Shown here in pieces: positions 63,394 through 64,000 of a stretch of DNA of 64,000 nt (positions are counted from its first letter, which is position 1; every line of letters starts with the position of its first letter). The notes below the pieces were generated by a model. That model worked only from the letters and a program-made list of their open reading frames with translations. It ran no database searches and was not told where the DNA came from. The DNA is taken from the NCBI GenBank assembly GCA_036676495.1, contig JAKFCT010000001.1, positions 26,335 through 90,334 of the forward strand, read 5' to 3'. The position numbers and the translations under genes are program-made. The stretch comes from Candidatus Sericytochromatia bacterium. GTDB lineage: Bacteria > Cyanobacteriota > Sericytochromatia > S15B-MN24 > UBA4093.

Positions 63394-64000
63394 ATGCCGA
63401 CGATGACCAAGAGCCCGCTTGCGGCGGGCAATCTATACGGGTTGACCGACGAGCAGCTCGCGCTTCAGGAGATGGTGCGCGAGTTCGTCAAGCGCGAGGT
63501 GGCTCCCAAGGCCGCCGAGATCGACGAAACCGAGCGTTTCCCCGTCGAGACCTTCAAGAAGCTCGGTGAGCTCGGCTTGATGGGCATCCCCGTTCCGGCC
63601 GAGTACGGCGGTGCGGGCTCGGACACCCTTTCCTACGTCCTCGCCGTCGAGGAAATCGCCAAGGCCTGCGGCTCCACCGGCCTTTCCTTCGCCGCCCACA
63701 TCTCGCTGGGCTCGATGCCCCTGGTGTACTTCGGCACCGAGGAGCAGAAGCGCAAGTGGCTTCCCTTCGTCACCTCCGGCGAGTTCATGGGCTCCTGGGC
63801 CCTGACCGAGCCTCAGGCCGGCTCCGATGCCTCGCGGCAGCAGACCGTGGCCGTGCGCGACGGGGATCACTGGGTGCTCAACGGCCGCAAGACCTTCATC
63901 ACCAACGCCCCCTACGCCCGCTACGTCATCGTCATGGCGATGACCGACAAGAGCAAGGGCAACAAGGGCATCTCGAGCTTCATCGTGCCGACCGACACCC
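63394..64000 (+). CDS. acyl-CoA dehydrogenase, 3' end outside window
   Basis: Own translation: LTDEQ...VREF...GLMGIPVPAEYGG...ALTEPQAGSD...LNGRKTFITNA. Confidence 0.93.
   Translation, partial: MPTMTKSPLAAGNLYGLTDEQLALQEMVREFVKREVAPKAAEIDETERFPVETFKKLGELGLMGIPVPAEYGGAGSDTLSYVLAVEEIAKACGSTGLSFAAHISLGSMPLVYFGTEEQKRKWLPFVTSGEFMGSWALTEPQAGSDASRQQTVAVRDGDHWVLNGRKTFITNAPYARYVIVMAMTDKSKGNKGISSFIVPTDT

Overview
GC-rich (roughly two-thirds by eye), gene-dense bacterial chromosomal segment with no rRNA, tRNA, CRISPR, transposase or integrase that I could recognise. Housekeeping content includes an M20 amidohydrolase, a ferredoxin, pdhABC-lpdA, glcDEF, a Rieske protein plus a fused cytochrome b6/subunit IV/c, queG, a diguanylate cyclase, an ABC1 kinase, pepP, an acyl-CoA carboxylase beta subunit, iaaA and panE. 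It also has a molybdenum-cofactor biosynthesis cluster with modABC and xanthine-dehydrogenase-family genes, and a partial acyl-CoA dehydrogenase. Five less explained signals sit among these. (1) Several orphan proteins without Sec signals, including a possible ADP-ribosyltransferase-like protein, a subtilase and a Gly/Ala-rich hydrophobic protein, have sigma-28-like promoters and 11-bp-phased TTAA-N7-TTAA boxes, and some carry a FlgM-like D-x-[LV]-x-[LV]-S motif, suggesting an undescribed flagellar/type III-exported regulon. (2) An operon joins a YD-repeat-only protein, an EF-hand/Trp-repeat protein, a small coiled-coil protein and a B12-dependent radical SAM enzyme. (3) Two microproteins missed by the ORF track (a CxxC...HxxC finger and a single-TM peptide) lie behind a Fur-like box and are coupled to glcDEF. 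(4) A 59-bp tandem repeat of the lpdA 3' end has a last copy with mostly synonymous, hairpin-compensatory changes. (5) A 15-bp perfect inverted repeat brackets a -35 element. All family assignments are from motif recall, not database searches.
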